Source of the DNA: Schmidtea polychroa
Lineage: Eukaryota
Direction of reading: 5' to 3'
Length of the DNA: 63,779 nt
Assembly (NCBI GenBank): GCA_044892525.1
Contig: CM097885.1
Location: forward strand, 73,656,222-73,720,000
The translations under genes were made by a program, and so were the position numbers. The notes beneath the pieces are model-generated. The model did not search any database. It worked only from the letters and a program-made list of their open reading frames with translations, and was not told the origin of the DNA. Each line of letters starts with the position of its first letter. The stretch's first letter is position 1. Shown here piece after piece: positions 41,460 to 53,367 of the stretch.

Positions 41460-41939
41460 TAGGGTTGTCAGACGTCCCGGTTTTCCGGGATTGTCCCGGT
41501 TTTGAGTTTTTGTCCCAGTGTCCGAAAGAGGTCTTCGGGACGCTCAATTGTCCCTGGTTTTTTGCATTGCAATATTGCAAATAAAATTAAAAATTCTGGA
41601 GGACACCTGCTTCCAAAGTTTCGTTTATTTAACACACTTTTTCTATTTTTCGAATTAGCTTTCTAGTTCGATGGGTTTTAATATGAAACTTTTCCTGTTG
41701 GGTAGTTTGTTTTTGTTATGAATGACAGATGGTTACGTTTTGTTTATGTTTAATTTAATCTGTGGCCGTCGTGGGAAAGTTACTTTTTATTTACAATATT
41801 TAAGGCTATTAAATTATTTAAAAATATGTGAGTTTATTGACTTTTTATATTTATACTTGGTTTATTATTTTAATTTTTTATATAGTTACTAGGGTTACCA
41901 GAGGTCCCGGTTTGTCTTCTTGAAAATCTGGCAACCCTA
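41460..41939. mobile_element. hAT (Tip100-like) MITE
   Basis: TIR tagggttgtca / tggcaacccta; perfect 8-bp TSD cattctta; internal gtcccgg repeats. Confidence 0.93.
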
Positions 41940-41994
41940 CATTCTTAAGACAAGAATATGTTACAATCCTTTTTGAGCACGTTTAAAACACGTA

Positions 41995-42744
41995 CAGTAG
42001 TCCCTCGTATAAAACGGTATTTGTATAACACAGTTTCGATATTACACGGTATAAGACTTGAAATTTATAAAATAACGTTTTCAAAAAATTAAATATATAT
42101 ATATATATATATTCCGTTGTATTTTTTTAAATTGCGTTTAATATTAGCTCCTTATAGAGAAATTCTGACAGAATTAAGAGATCAAAGCAGGCAGGTAATT
42201 GAAACTACGTCAGGTAGTTTTTGTAATGAGGAAATAACTAGTCAAGAGGAGTTTCAACCAACTTTGAAAAAAAGAAATAAATCAGCTGTAGTTTTTGATG
42301 AGTGACAGTGATGATGAAAATTAATATTGTGGTCGTAAGAACCTGTTTTTATTTAATTTATTATAATTAGAATTATGATTTTTTGAATATTTTTTGTTAT
42401 ATTTTTAATTTTTTTTTCTCATGCTGAATTTTTTTTTAATTGAAGTTAACTTAGTTTTTCATTTATATGTATATTTTGAACGAAATTTCAGCTGTAATAA
42501 AATTTTACACCTTAAGACTTGGTTTCGATATAACACGGTACACATTACCTTGATTTATATTATTTCAAAGTTTCGTATAACACGAACAAGGTTTCGATAC
42601 AACACGGTAGACTAGAATTAAATATTACGTTTATTTATTTTATATCTAAGTTTAAATTATATTATTACATATATATCATATCTTAGTTTAAAAAAGTTTC
42701 GTATAACAGGGTTCGAATTAACCGTGTTATACGAGGGACTACTG
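41995..42744. mobile_element. Non-autonomous Tigger-like element
   Basis: TIR cagtagtccctcgtataa / ttatacgagggactactg with TA TSD; internal tataacacgg-type repeats. Confidence 0.9.
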
Positions 42745-42746
42745 TA

Positions 42747-42993
42747 CTGCCCTCCTTATCAAATAGACCGTAACTGACAAAACTACAAAAATCGAGTTAG
42801 AGGCGTCAACTGTATGCAGTTGCAATTAACCTTCATTCTGCTTAGCGATAAGACCGTATCTAGTCCGAGGCCTTAGAAATATAAATGGATGATTGGTTTA
42901 GGTTAACTGGTTGGCAGAATTGAAAACACGTTTTGCTATTTATCTCCTAAGTGTATTTTTGCCGTTACGGTCTATTTGATAAGGAGGGCAGTG
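42747..42993. mobile_element. Tc1/mariner-like MITE abutting the Tigger element
   Basis: ~28-bp TIR ctgccctccttatcaaatagaccgtaac / gttacggtctatttgataaggagggcagtg, followed by TA. Confidence 0.7.
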
Positions 42994-43490
42994 TAATGGA
43001 GCAATGTAATGAATAATGTCTATTATACTACTTAAACGAAAGTTTGATTCACAAAAAAATACTAAGGTTTGACAGCGGTAGTACCAAATTTTGATTAACT
43101 TAATATCCAATGATTGATATTTACAATTCTTATTACAGTACCGAAGAGTTAGGTCATTTTGAATGCAGGAAAACCACATATGGCATGACAACCAATCAAA
43201 ACGCAGAAACGAAAAATTAATCCAAATAAATTACAATTTATTCATAATTACTATTACGACAATAAAAGAATTACATGTCAATTATATACAAATAGGCAGG
43301 TGGAGCAACAGTGAGGGCGCGGCGGCGAGGCAGTAACGGGGGATAAATAGTCACAAAACAACGGTTATTATAAATGCAGCATAAAGAACACAATGTCATA
43401 TTATTATTATTATATATTAACAATTTTCAGGGATAACATAGAATCTACAGAGCTTCTCCTCAATTTGTCGTGTCGGTCATTCTCGTATAC

Positions 43491-46400
43491 TCAACTCCTG
43501 GAATGCAAATCATTGATTAGAGATAATAACGGAAACCAACCAATCAAACCCTTACCGAACTCGTATTTACTATAAATGCCTTTGAAGAACTGCTCAAGGG
43601 TGATCGCGAGATTCATGATATCACTGTCTGGCATATTGTAAACCTCAGCATTGAAGAACATTTGCCCGACATCGGAAAGAAAAGTTTTGAGAGAATCAAT
43701 ACCGGACGCATAGATTCCCTGTTTGTATTTGTCCATCATTTGAGCGAGATTAATCGGATCGGTAATAATCTGATAATAATCCGGAACCTAGACAGATCAA
43801 TAGATGATAGGTATAGATGTAATACAAGTTGTCCCCAATTACCTCTTCTGGATCGACGGGATCAATGAATGGCCAGGAGGCCTTGTGATTGATCATATTT
43901 TTCAGCATATGATAGCAAGCTTTCTCGATCTTTTCCGCTGACATTCCATTGCTGGATTTCTTTGGGGCTGGAGCCTTATTGTTGACATCTTCACCGTCAC
44001 CGCTACCGTTACAGTCCTGTTGTTCCTGCTTAACGTTTCCTGTACTGGCGATTGAACTGCGTTTCCGATTGGTGGAACGCTTAGTGCTTGTTAAATATGA
44101 CTCGATTTTATCCACTGATTTTATTCCGTTGCAGGATTTTTTCGGTGCTGGAGCTTTATCATTGTCACCATCTCCACCGTTACAGTATTGTTCCTCGGGA
44201 TTCTTCACGTTTCCTGTACTACTGGTGGTGAGTGAACTTCGCTTCCGATTGGTGGTACGTTTAGTAAACAGATATGGCAAATTATCGACATCTTGATCAG
44301 ACTCGTCGGAATCGGAATTATTGATCGGATCCAATTTTATTGATTCAACTGCCGGTTTTGATTCCTCCACAGTTTGATTGGTTTTCGCAATTCTCGATTT
44401 CTTTCGCAATGGAGGTTTCACTGATGACTTCTGAGATTCCCCTTCGCTGCACTCTCCAACGTCCTCTTCGTCGTCCTTTTCAATTTCACTGAACGGTTTC
44501 TTTTTCACTAACCCGTACTTGGTGTTGTTGCGTTTTTTAGTTCTGTTACGTTTTCTGCTGTGGTTTTTGTCGGGATCTTCATTGCTCGAGGAGTTCTGAT
44601 CGTCTTCGTTACCATCGGAATTGTTATTGACATCGGCAGCACCGACAGTTGAAATCGAACGTCTCGATAGTTTGCTATTGGTTTTGGTAGCCTCATCCAA
44701 TCGGCATTGACAACAGTGCCAATTGGTTCGTCTGATTTGTCTGAGAGGGGGCTCATGGCAATGAGCGTGGAATAATTTATTGCACGAGGTACATTTAGCT
44801 AATTGCTGTTCACCGTTGGAACTGTGGCACACAAAGCACTGTTCATGATGTGAGGTTTGTTGTCGGGTTTTGGATTTGATTGACTGGGTCACTGACTGGG
44901 CGGATGGGGCAACTGTCATAGCAACGGTGTCTGAGTCAGCATCGCGGGCCCTGGAAACGGGCTTGCAATGGGGACAGAACCACTCGCCATCTGGGACATC
45001 GTGTAAGGCCGGTCGCAGGCAAAACGTGTGAAATGCGTGATTACAACTGTCACACAGGAGCATTGAGTTCTCATCTGACGCCTTTCTGCATACTCGACAT
45101 TTGTCGTCCTTTGCCGATTTGCTCCAGCACACGCAAGCATCCAGGAAGGATTGCAGCATATTCAGTCTGGCTTGTGTTTGTGCCTGTTCAACTGCGTTAA
45201 GGAATTCGTTGCGCCCATTGGCTGATTTCAAGGGCACGTTCCAGAACCGCTCATGAACACCGAGGAATACCGACACGAGGGTTTCTTTCATTTCGTTGAG
45301 GGAAACCGCTAAATTGACCCGTTTCTGCCACTCGACATAATCCTCAACACCACCGAGGCTACCCTGTCTGATTGATATTTCTGTTTCCTTCAGTTCCCGC
45401 TTGAATCCCGCCACGAGAAATGACTGCTCATTGGAATCGGCTCCTATCGATGAGTTTGATCGAGTTGCCGGTTCAGTGATTGCTTTGGAAACCGACTGGA
45501 ATTCATCGGCCAATTTAGGCAGTAATGCCTCGAGTTCTGATTTCAATAGGCTCTCCCGGATGCCCTTATCTGAGAGGCAATTGAGCAATTGCTTGAGCTC
45601 ATCGTGAGTTGTGAACATGTTCCATTCGGTGAGCACGTGATCAGTAGGCACCGTACTGCTGCCGACATTCCCAGTACCGGTGTTGACTTGCTGCTCCATT
45701 TCGACATAAATGGCGCCCGGTGCTGAAAGAAAGTGCCAATATCGCCGGAAATGTCGATCGGAACCGAGTGGTTGTATTCGCATCAATTGCTTAGCTTCAT
45801 TCATTGCTGTAAAGTAAGATTTCTGAGATTGTTCCAATAGCTTCTTGTACTGGGTTTCGTCTTTCTCAAGCTTCTGATATTGTCGCTCTTTCTCTAACCT
45901 GCGCTCCCGTTCTTCGGACTCTTTGAGCTTCATTTCTATCGATTGACGCCTTCTGACAACTTGACTCGTGTCGTCAGTCGCTAAGGAGTCGGTTACATCC
46001 CCAGCCGTCGATTTGAGGGTGACATCATCAGTGCCAAACTTGCCCACGATCAATTTGCACATATCCTGCTTGCTTTGTCTGAGGGCCTTCAATTTGTCAT
46101 TGAATTCCTTTGTATCGGCAATCCGTTTCTTATACGCCTCGCACACATCCCGCTGGTAGTCATCAATGAATGAGCTGACAATGTCCAACTCGAGGATTCT
46201 ATTCTGCAACAGCTCCAATACACCGATTTTATCCTCAATGCTCAACTGCTGCAATTCGACAGTTTGTAGTTTCTCGCAAATAGGGCCAGCTATCCGCTTG
46301 TTATGGTTACAGTTCCAGATTTCTGTCGATGTCTGAATAGTAGCGGCAATCAATACCTGTTATTTATGTCCCAAACCCATTCAATCCTACCTCTTCATCA

Positions 46401-48823
46401 CCTGCATCTCCGTGCTGTTCCTTTATCTCATCGTTAGCATCCTCATTGCCATCATTGTCGATGGCTGGACGAGTTTCTCGCTTATCAATCCCGAGTAACA
46501 GAACGAGCCGCAATAACTCACCGGCAGTGCACACAGTGACTGGCAACTCGGTCAATGCCAATCCCATTTCTTTGCGACTCTAGAAATAACAAATGAAAAC
46601 TAAAAATATTAAAATCATCTCCCAAACCCTGATCCGACTGTCCTGTAGCAACGGTTTCAGGAGGACACACACGAATTCCGCCAGCATTTCATGGGAGTTG
46701 TCACAATCGTTGATAACCGACTGACAGAGATCACGAGCAGTCAGCACTTTGCTATCATCTGACGCTTCACCGGACGGCATGAGCAGCCGTTTATAGCAGC
46801 GCACGAATTCACACACCGATACCAATCGTGCCCATTGATCCTGGCTCATGCCACCTTCAACAGAGATCGGAGTTCCTTCTGGGACTTGTTCCGCATATTC
46901 CAATTCATTATCTTCTAATTTTGTGTTTTCTTCGCGTCTTTTTTCCCGTAACTGGCGTCGCATTTGATTGCGCCTCTCATTGAGATAGGCCTCTCTTTGA
47001 TCGGCAGTCATGGCGTCCCTGAATAATGCTCAATGTTAGCTAGGATTCAAAAGCACTGATTGATTGTCTACAGCTCCGCCAAATCACAGAAATACCCTAC
47101 CCCCTCCTCCCATCCTATAACAATTCATTCCTACCGCGTATAATCAAGATATATTGGAATATAGTCAGATACCCCCCCTAACTATACAAGAGTTAATACT
47201 ATTAAAATCAATAACATATCCCCCCCCACATTGAAACAAAATCTACAGATACGCCCTCACACAAAACCAATAACCAATCAAATCACTTACAGTCGTTTTT
47301 TCTCCTCGTATTTCTCTTTCCTGTCAGCAATCGGTACCCTAATCAGATCCGGGAACTTGGCAATCTGTTGATTACTGAACAGCTGACCACATTTGAATAT
47401 CAATTGCTTGACGTTTGGATCCGCTGGATTGTCCTTCATTAATTTCAACAATCGTTGAGCCAATGGCGGCAACGAACGCGTTGGACTGGACAGTGGCGAC
47501 CTTATTGCATTACTCGAGCTGGAATTGCGTTGACTAGCATTGCTTTGTGTTGTAGTTGACATCGGAACATCAAACAGTGTTGTTTGTTTTAACTTTTTAT
47601 TTTTAACGAATTTCTCTTTTGATTCATTTATCTGTGATTTTCGCTTGATCAATAAATTGTTCTCCTCATCGTCACTCCGAGTCAAATCGACCGTCGTGTC
47701 TTTGTATTCATCTTTCATTTTATTAAACATTTGGATTTCTGTCGCCTTTGATAACTCTTTCATCTGAATTCACAGAGGAAATTTATATTTTTGTCAAAAA
47801 TTATCTTCCCCACCTTTTGTTTGTCAACAGCGAATTCTGGTTCCAAATTCGGTAATCGATATTTCTTGACAAGTTCTTCGTCAACTACCCATGGATTATT
47901 CTGTTTACCAGAGTGTCTGATTGCGTGGGCACGAATGAACATTCGGATCTGATCTTTCGAAGGAGGCCTCAAGGTTCGCCTGAATATTTATTTTGTCAAA
48001 GAATATTCATAATCCAAATCAATTATTACTCAATAGTTTCTGATGGAATATCTTTCACTAATTTTTCCATTTCAAAAATTTTAACACTGTAAAAATAGTT
48101 CTTCTATACCCGAATAAGATTATATTTGAAAATATGGAAATTGCAAATTACTTTGACAGGAATAATTTTCTTTTTCATATTTTCTTTATCACTACTTGAG
48201 GCATCAGAATTAAGTTTAATTGGAGAATTCTATTTTACAAATTTATTTATAAGTTTTATTATTAATAAATATACTTCTTGATCTTCATTTGATCGAGATC
48301 TATCAACTTTGACTACTACACCTTTAAGACTATAAAAATAAGCCTTAAATATATATATAAAAAGAATGAAATCCTACATCATTTCTTTTGGTGCCGTTAG
48401 CTTAATTGTCACCGGTTCATTTACACAATACTCTTGATGAATTTGAGTCCATGCTTTATGTATAAGTGTATCTAAACTTTCCTTACCTGTATTAATAAGA
48501 TAAATACACGATAAATAAATATATATCAATTTACTGTGATGAACAAATTGTAAAACTGCAGCTTCAAAACATTTCTTAAAGGAGTTTTTTAACATTTTTG
48601 AACAACCTTGTTCGGATTTTAAAGCTTCTTTAAAAGTTAAATTAATTTGTCCAGTAATTCTACAAGTCCATATTTTCTGATTGTATAAAAACGTTTTTCT
48701 ATTAAATTCCTCATCATTTTCACATATTTCGTTAGTAAGGGAATGGCAAATTGTAGCATCCTCGTCCTTTTTGTCTTTTCTAATCTTATTTAAAATGTAG
48801 AGCTTATTGGATAATAATGGCAT
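43491..48823 (-). CDS. BAZ1B: BAZ1-family chromatin remodelling subunit, closest to WSTF (WAC-DDT-WHIM-PHD-PHD-bromodomain)
   Basis: MPLL..KIWTCRITG..LTFKEA..VLQFVHH (WAC); IRMFIRAHA..PWVVDEELVKKY; DDT LVSVCEFVRCY; LGSDRHFRRYW; two PHD fingers; bromodomain SWPFIDPVDPEE / VPDYYQIITDPINL..FFNAEVYN. The motifs match WSTF better than ACF1/BAZ1A. Confidence 0.85.
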
Positions 48824-49894
48824 CTAAAATCTAAATATTCAAATAGTAATTTAAGTTGAACAATTTATAAAAACAAAATAACAAGAAAACATCCCGCCAA
48901 AACTAGAAATTTAAAATATCAGAATTTAAAATAAATAAAGGAATTTACATAACTTACATGAAAATGTGACTAAATATAAAAAAATATTAATCAAACAAAT
49001 TTTTAATTGAAAAGATATCCTAAAATAATTCAAATTTAAATAAAATTTCAGGAATATTGAACATTAAAATAAAATAAATTGTATAAAACAATCTATATAT
49101 GATCATCAGAAATAATAGCGCATGTATTATAAAAGAATTATTAAAATTTTTCAAATTTCCATTAGTTATTAAATATAATTGTTTTGTTAAAGGTGAAGGG
49201 ATTCCGACTTCCTTTTTAAGAAGATATAGCATTCATATAAATAGGTACCAAATGTCAATAAATATTACCTCATCAACGCCAAGTTATAAAGTTGTAAAAG
49301 TTATATGTGATTCTCGTTTCTATAGCCTCCTTAAATGCCTTATTAGTATTAGGATATGTCCCCTACAGAACACGCCCCTACTCCCTGCTAAGGACAAAAG
49401 ATTTCACTAAAAAAATTTTACTTAATACTTTTGTGTAGGTCAACCGCATATCTTTTTACTTTTTACGATTTTCAGGTTTTATAACAACATTTTTTCTGTA
49501 TGTCAATTTTTTTTATAACAACATTTTTTCTGTATGTCAATTCAAATTCAATGATTTTCATAAAAATTTTCAGAGTANNNNNNNNNNNNNNNNNNNNNNN
49601 NNNNNNNNNNNNNNNNNNNNNNNNNNNNNNNNNNNNNNNNNNNNNNNNNNNNNNNNNNNNNNNNNNNNNNNNNNNNNNNNNNNNNNNNNNNNNNNNNNNN
49701 NNNNNNNNNNNNNNNNNNNNNNNNNNNNNNNNNNNNNNNNNNNNNNNNNNNNNNNNNNNGATTAAATAAATTAATTATTAAGTAGGTTACAGACGTACTC
49801 ACATACACTATATAGTTTTTTATTATTCCAACACAAAACCGGTCAAAGAAGAAAAATATATATGGTGGTAAAAAACTGCTTGTGTGCGTGTATG

Positions 49895-50343
49895 TGTTGA
49901 GGTCTCAGTATTTGAGATTCTCAAGGTTGCACTGGCTACTATATGGGTCTATCGAAATATAAAAACGAAGTCGAATATTTATTGAAATATAAAATATTAC
50001 CAATACAAATTTTCCAAATAAAATGATTCCACTGAAAAATGATGCGTGTTATGTAGGTGTTGTATGTTGTATATGCGTGTTGTGTATGATTGCAGAAGTT
50101 TAGAACGTTTCTGTATATGGATACAGAAACGTTCTAAACTTCTGCAATCATACACAACACGCATATACAATATACAACATACAACTAATAAGGATCTACC
50201 CTTTTTAGTTTGCTAAGAACGGTAAAAATTTTTGGGCGGCCACTACTGATTTTGGGTCACTATTTATATTAATTTTTCTGCGCGCTGGTGTATGGAAAAC
50301 ATATGTTATTATTAAAAATATTATGTTTTATTTGCTTTTTAAA
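49895..50343 (-). mobile_element. Older, diverged LTR fragment of the same family, interrupted by the young element
   Basis: Starts tgttgaggtctc like the young LTR and shares gaacgtttctgt, actaataagga..cctttttagt, ggt.aaa.tttt.gggcg and ctatttatatt blocks in the same order. Confidence 0.8.
50067..50170. repeat. Perfect 50-bp inverted repeat with a 4-nt loop
   Basis: 50067-50116 is the exact reverse complement of 50121-50170; loop atgg; arms extend ~9 nt further with one mismatch. Confidence 0.95.
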
Positions 50344-51446
50344 TGTTGAGGTCTCGATATTCGGGAACACTCAACTTACTGGTTCTTATATATGTACAAA
50401 TATATCAAAAGACAAAGTGATTTATAAAACTTTTATTATAAAGAAAAATTTACCAATATGAATTTGTTGCTAGATTACAAAAATCCAAAAATCCTTCAAA
50501 TATCCAACCGAATATGCTTGTATGTACTGTGTGAATGTTATGTATTCTCTTGCTGTGTTGCGTGTAGGCTTTTGAACGTTTCTGTTTGTCTGTTCGAGTT
50601 TTAGCACTAATAAGGATTAACCTTTTTAGTATGTTAACGCGGTTAAAATTTTGGGGCGAAGAAAATGAATTTTACCTCGCTATTTATATTATTTTTGTAT
50701 ATGAAATTAAATTGATATATTTTTTAAGTATACTTATATTTTAAAGTATTAATTAAAAATTAATCAAAGTGTTGATTATAGAAATTATATATGTTTTAAT
50801 TTTAATTATTAAAATGTCTAAGCATATGTTTTATAATTTTATTTATTTTGTTCAAGTGTTAATTATAGAAATATCTTTAATTTTAATTATTAAAATATCT
50901 AAGCTTATGTTTTATAATTTTATTTATTTTGTTCAAGTGTTAATTATAGAAATATCTAAGCATATGTTTTGTAATATTCTAAGATTAATTATTTTGAAAT
51001 ATCCACTTATATTCTAATGTTAATTACTTATATTCTTATTATTCTAGAAACATATGTTTTATGATTTTCAATATTATTTATTTTGTAATTCTAACTGATA
51101 TTAATTAAGATTATTTAATTAGTCCCCATAATATGTTTTATTTACATGAAATAAATAAGATACAATAATAATTGTCATAATAATAATCCACACACAATAA
51201 TAATAATCCATTCCACAACACAATAATAATTGTCAAAATAATAATTCAAAAATAAATAAGATATACAATAATAATTGTCCAAATCATGAATCAATGTGCA
51301 TAGTTAATAATCAAATGATAATCGTCATTGTTTTGACTTTGGTTATCTGGGTTCTACGTAGATGTTGACCCTGAACTTGTTGCTGCCCGTTCTGTAGTAG
51401 TGTGTTAGTTCAAATTCCTCAATTCTTCTTCCTCTATCATCCAACA
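50344..51446 (-). repeat. 3' LTR (predicted 1103 bp, TGTTG...CAACA)
   Basis: Identical to 62699-63779 through 51424. Inner boundary inferred at 51446 from inverted termini and the adjacent purine run. TATA box tataaata at 50681-50688; AATAAA near 50430 on the minus strand. Confidence 0.8.
50769..50975. repeat. Tandem ~81-87-bp repeats in LTR U3 (also present in the 5' LTR at 63124-63330)
   Basis: Units beginning gtgtt(g/a)attatagaaat at 50769, 50856 and 50937. Confidence 0.8.
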
Positions 51447-51912
51447 CTCCTCCTAGGGCCGATAAAGTAATGTCCTCATTACCTTTATCGCTGAGGACCA
51501 ATTCAATTTCGCAACCGTTTATATACATTGTTGCCCTTTGGAATCCTTTCTTTAACGCTAATTTTAACACATCACCATCAATGATTCGTCTACCGAAGTG
51601 TTGATGTATTTCTTTTTCCGAGATAGTGGATCTTCCATCTTTGATGATGAACATTGGCTCCTCCAACTCGACATTTGGCTCTGGTCCTAGTTCGTCATCT
51701 ATCTGCATTGCTTCGCTCGGTGAGAAATATTCTTCATCTGAGTCTAAATCACATTGTGGGTCAGCATAGTTGTAACTAATTGATGTCTGAGGTTCTTCCT
51801 TTATTTTGATTGCTTGTGGTTTTTTGTCCTCTTTGACGAATATGATGTCATCATCGCTGTCCATTAGTTCATCTTCAAAGGTACGTCTGCTCCCATCTTT
51901 ATTGAATTTCAA
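51343..51912 (-). CDS. Accessory ORF5: acidic protein of unknown function overlapping the PPT and U3
   Basis: 189 codons from TTG; frame open upstream to 51999; first ATG internal (MDSDDD); homologous relic at 11220-12030. Confidence 0.7.
   Translation of the reverse strand: MKFNKDGSRRTFEDELMDSDDDIIFVKEDKKPQAIKIKEEPQTSISYNYADPQCDLDSDEEYFSPSEAMQIDDELGPEPNVELEEPMFIIKDGRSTISEKEIHQHFGRRIIDGDVLKLALKKGFQRATMYINGCEIELVLSDKGNEDITLSALGGVLDDRGRRIEEFELTHYYRTGSNKFRVNIYVEPR
51447..51454 (-). promoter_or_regulatory. Putative polypurine tract
   Basis: AGGAGGAG directly before TGTTGG on the minus strand; the relic copy has AGGGGGAA-TGTTGG at the homologous position (11929-11942). Confidence 0.65.
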
Positions 51913-53222
51913 TTCTCTTTGTGAGGGTTCGATATATATATCTTCCTCAAATTCCTCTGGCTCATCCTGTTTTCTTCTATTGGACTGAGTTGATGGCCAT
52001 TATTTTCCTTTTGGAATGCTGTCATGTCCCACCTTATGACTTCTTCCCATTGCTTTTCGACCAAGAGGTAAATGACTTTTGCGATTAGTGTTGTATCTTC
52101 TGCTGAGAACGGTTCGGGTTTTTTGAGGATGTTGTTGATTGCTTTGTCTTTCTTCCATTTTGGGTGTGTTGCGATTACTTTGTATGCGAGATTCGATAGT
52201 TTGATTCTGTGTGGTGCTACATTTTTGACGAATGAACACATGAACACATCTTCAGCTAATTCTCTGACTCCCATGACATTGTACAGATCTAATGTCAGCG
52301 TCTTGAGTTTCTTTATTATTTCGTATCCCACAATGATTTTTCCGAGTAGCAGCTTCTGTATGTCGATCAGCGCTTGGTATTCGTCTTCATTTCCTCTTAT
52401 TGAATCCCTGTCTGCTCTTGTCTTCTCCGGGTAATAATGTTGGATTTTGGTGCGTGGAGTCACCTTTTTATTGTATACGATTTCTCCTCTAAAATTTCTG
52501 ATGCATATCTCTACTGGTCTGAGATTGTTATTGATGTCGCATACTTCTTTGACATCGACGAACATGATTGCCCTTTGTCGTTCGGGGATTGACAACTGTT
52601 GATGTGTGAATGACATCCGTTTCGAGATGAAATCTTGATGTATTACGATTTCCGACTGTATTATCTCTAATTCCCTGAAAGGATTGGGTATGGTTGGGAC
52701 ATATAGAATTTCGATAGCCATCACACAGGGTAAATTGTTCATTTGGATGACCAAATTGTTGAAATCGTTTGGCATGCTTCGATTCGTCTTCATCGTCTTG
52801 ATCACCACCGTGCAGTTGCTTGTTGTTATAATAGGGATTCGTTGTTGGCAAATTGAAACCTCCGTTCTGGTCATATGGAATAGTATTCTATGTGGGACTT
52901 TTCTTCCTTCATTTGCTGCGATATCTGCATTTTCGAACATATCATAGGTGCCTATTATATCTCTCAGCTTTATCCTTCGGGCTTCATTAAATTTAACTAA
53001 GTGCATTTCTCTTTCTTCGATTTCGCACTTCATTTCATTGGGTATGCAGACCTGGTTAGGGATACTTCTGATGGTGATTGGTGAGCCGTCTGAGGTGATT
53101 TTATTTTGCAAATTTTTGTAGAAACTGTGGTATAGTTTTTGAATGGAGCAGCTGTATTGTTGGACTGGACGTTGTATGGGATTGAATGGTTTGGGATTGA
53201 CTCTGGTATTGTTGGATTGCAT
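51909..53222 (-). CDS. Accessory ORF4: unknown N-terminal domain plus REX4/ISG20-like DEDDh exonuclease fold, probably inactive
   Basis: Likely start MQSNN (ATG 53222, preceded by tttttttag). FVDVKEV..VEICIRNFRGEIVYNKKVTP..IQHY..IQKLLLGKIIVGYEIIKKL..FSAEDTTL..IYLLVEKQWE aligns by eye with REX4/ISG20. Confidence 0.75.
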   Translation of the reverse strand: MQSNNTRVNPKPFNPIQRPVQQYSCSIQKLYHSFYKNLQNKITSDGSPITIRSIPNQVCIPNEMKCEIEEREMHLVKFNEARRIKLRDIIGTYDMFENADIAANEGRKVPHRILFHMTRTEVSICQQRIPIITTSNCTVVIKTMKTNRSMPNDFNNLVIQMNNLPCVMAIEILYVPTIPNPFRELEIIQSEIVIHQDFISKRMSFTHQQLSIPERQRAIMFVDVKEVCDINNNLRPVEICIRNFRGEIVYNKKVTPRTKIQHYYPEKTRADRDSIRGNEDEYQALIDIQKLLLGKIIVGYEIIKKLKTLTLDLYNVMGVRELAEDVFMCSFVKNVAPHRIKLSNLAYKVIATHPKWKKDKAINNILKKPEPFSAEDTTLIAKVIYLLVEKQWEEVIRWDMTAFQKENNGHQLSPIEENRMSQRNLRKIYISNPHKEN

Positions 53223-53367
53223 CTTTCTAAAAAAACAATATAAACATACATATTTACAGCGCATTTGAGGCTTTACCTTATACGCTTCAATATAAATAAA
53301 AATATAAATATATGTGAGTTTAAATATTATCATTGACCAATAGGAATTGAAATTATCTATATTATTT

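Noticed and set aside
43949-46159. Plus-strand ORFs opposite BAZ1B, and similar ones opposite the LTR element (51806-61210), EDC4 and Tigger
   Set aside because: Antisense shadows of real coding sequence with no independent motifs.
50769-51017. Identical 82-aa ORFs at 50769 and 63124
   Set aside because: Translation of AT-rich U3 tandem repeats in the two LTRs; not credible proteins.
51050-51300. Repeated caataataat units resembling a spacer array
   Set aside because: Low-complexity eukaryotic LTR sequence with no constant repeat/unique spacer period and no cas genes; not CRISPR.
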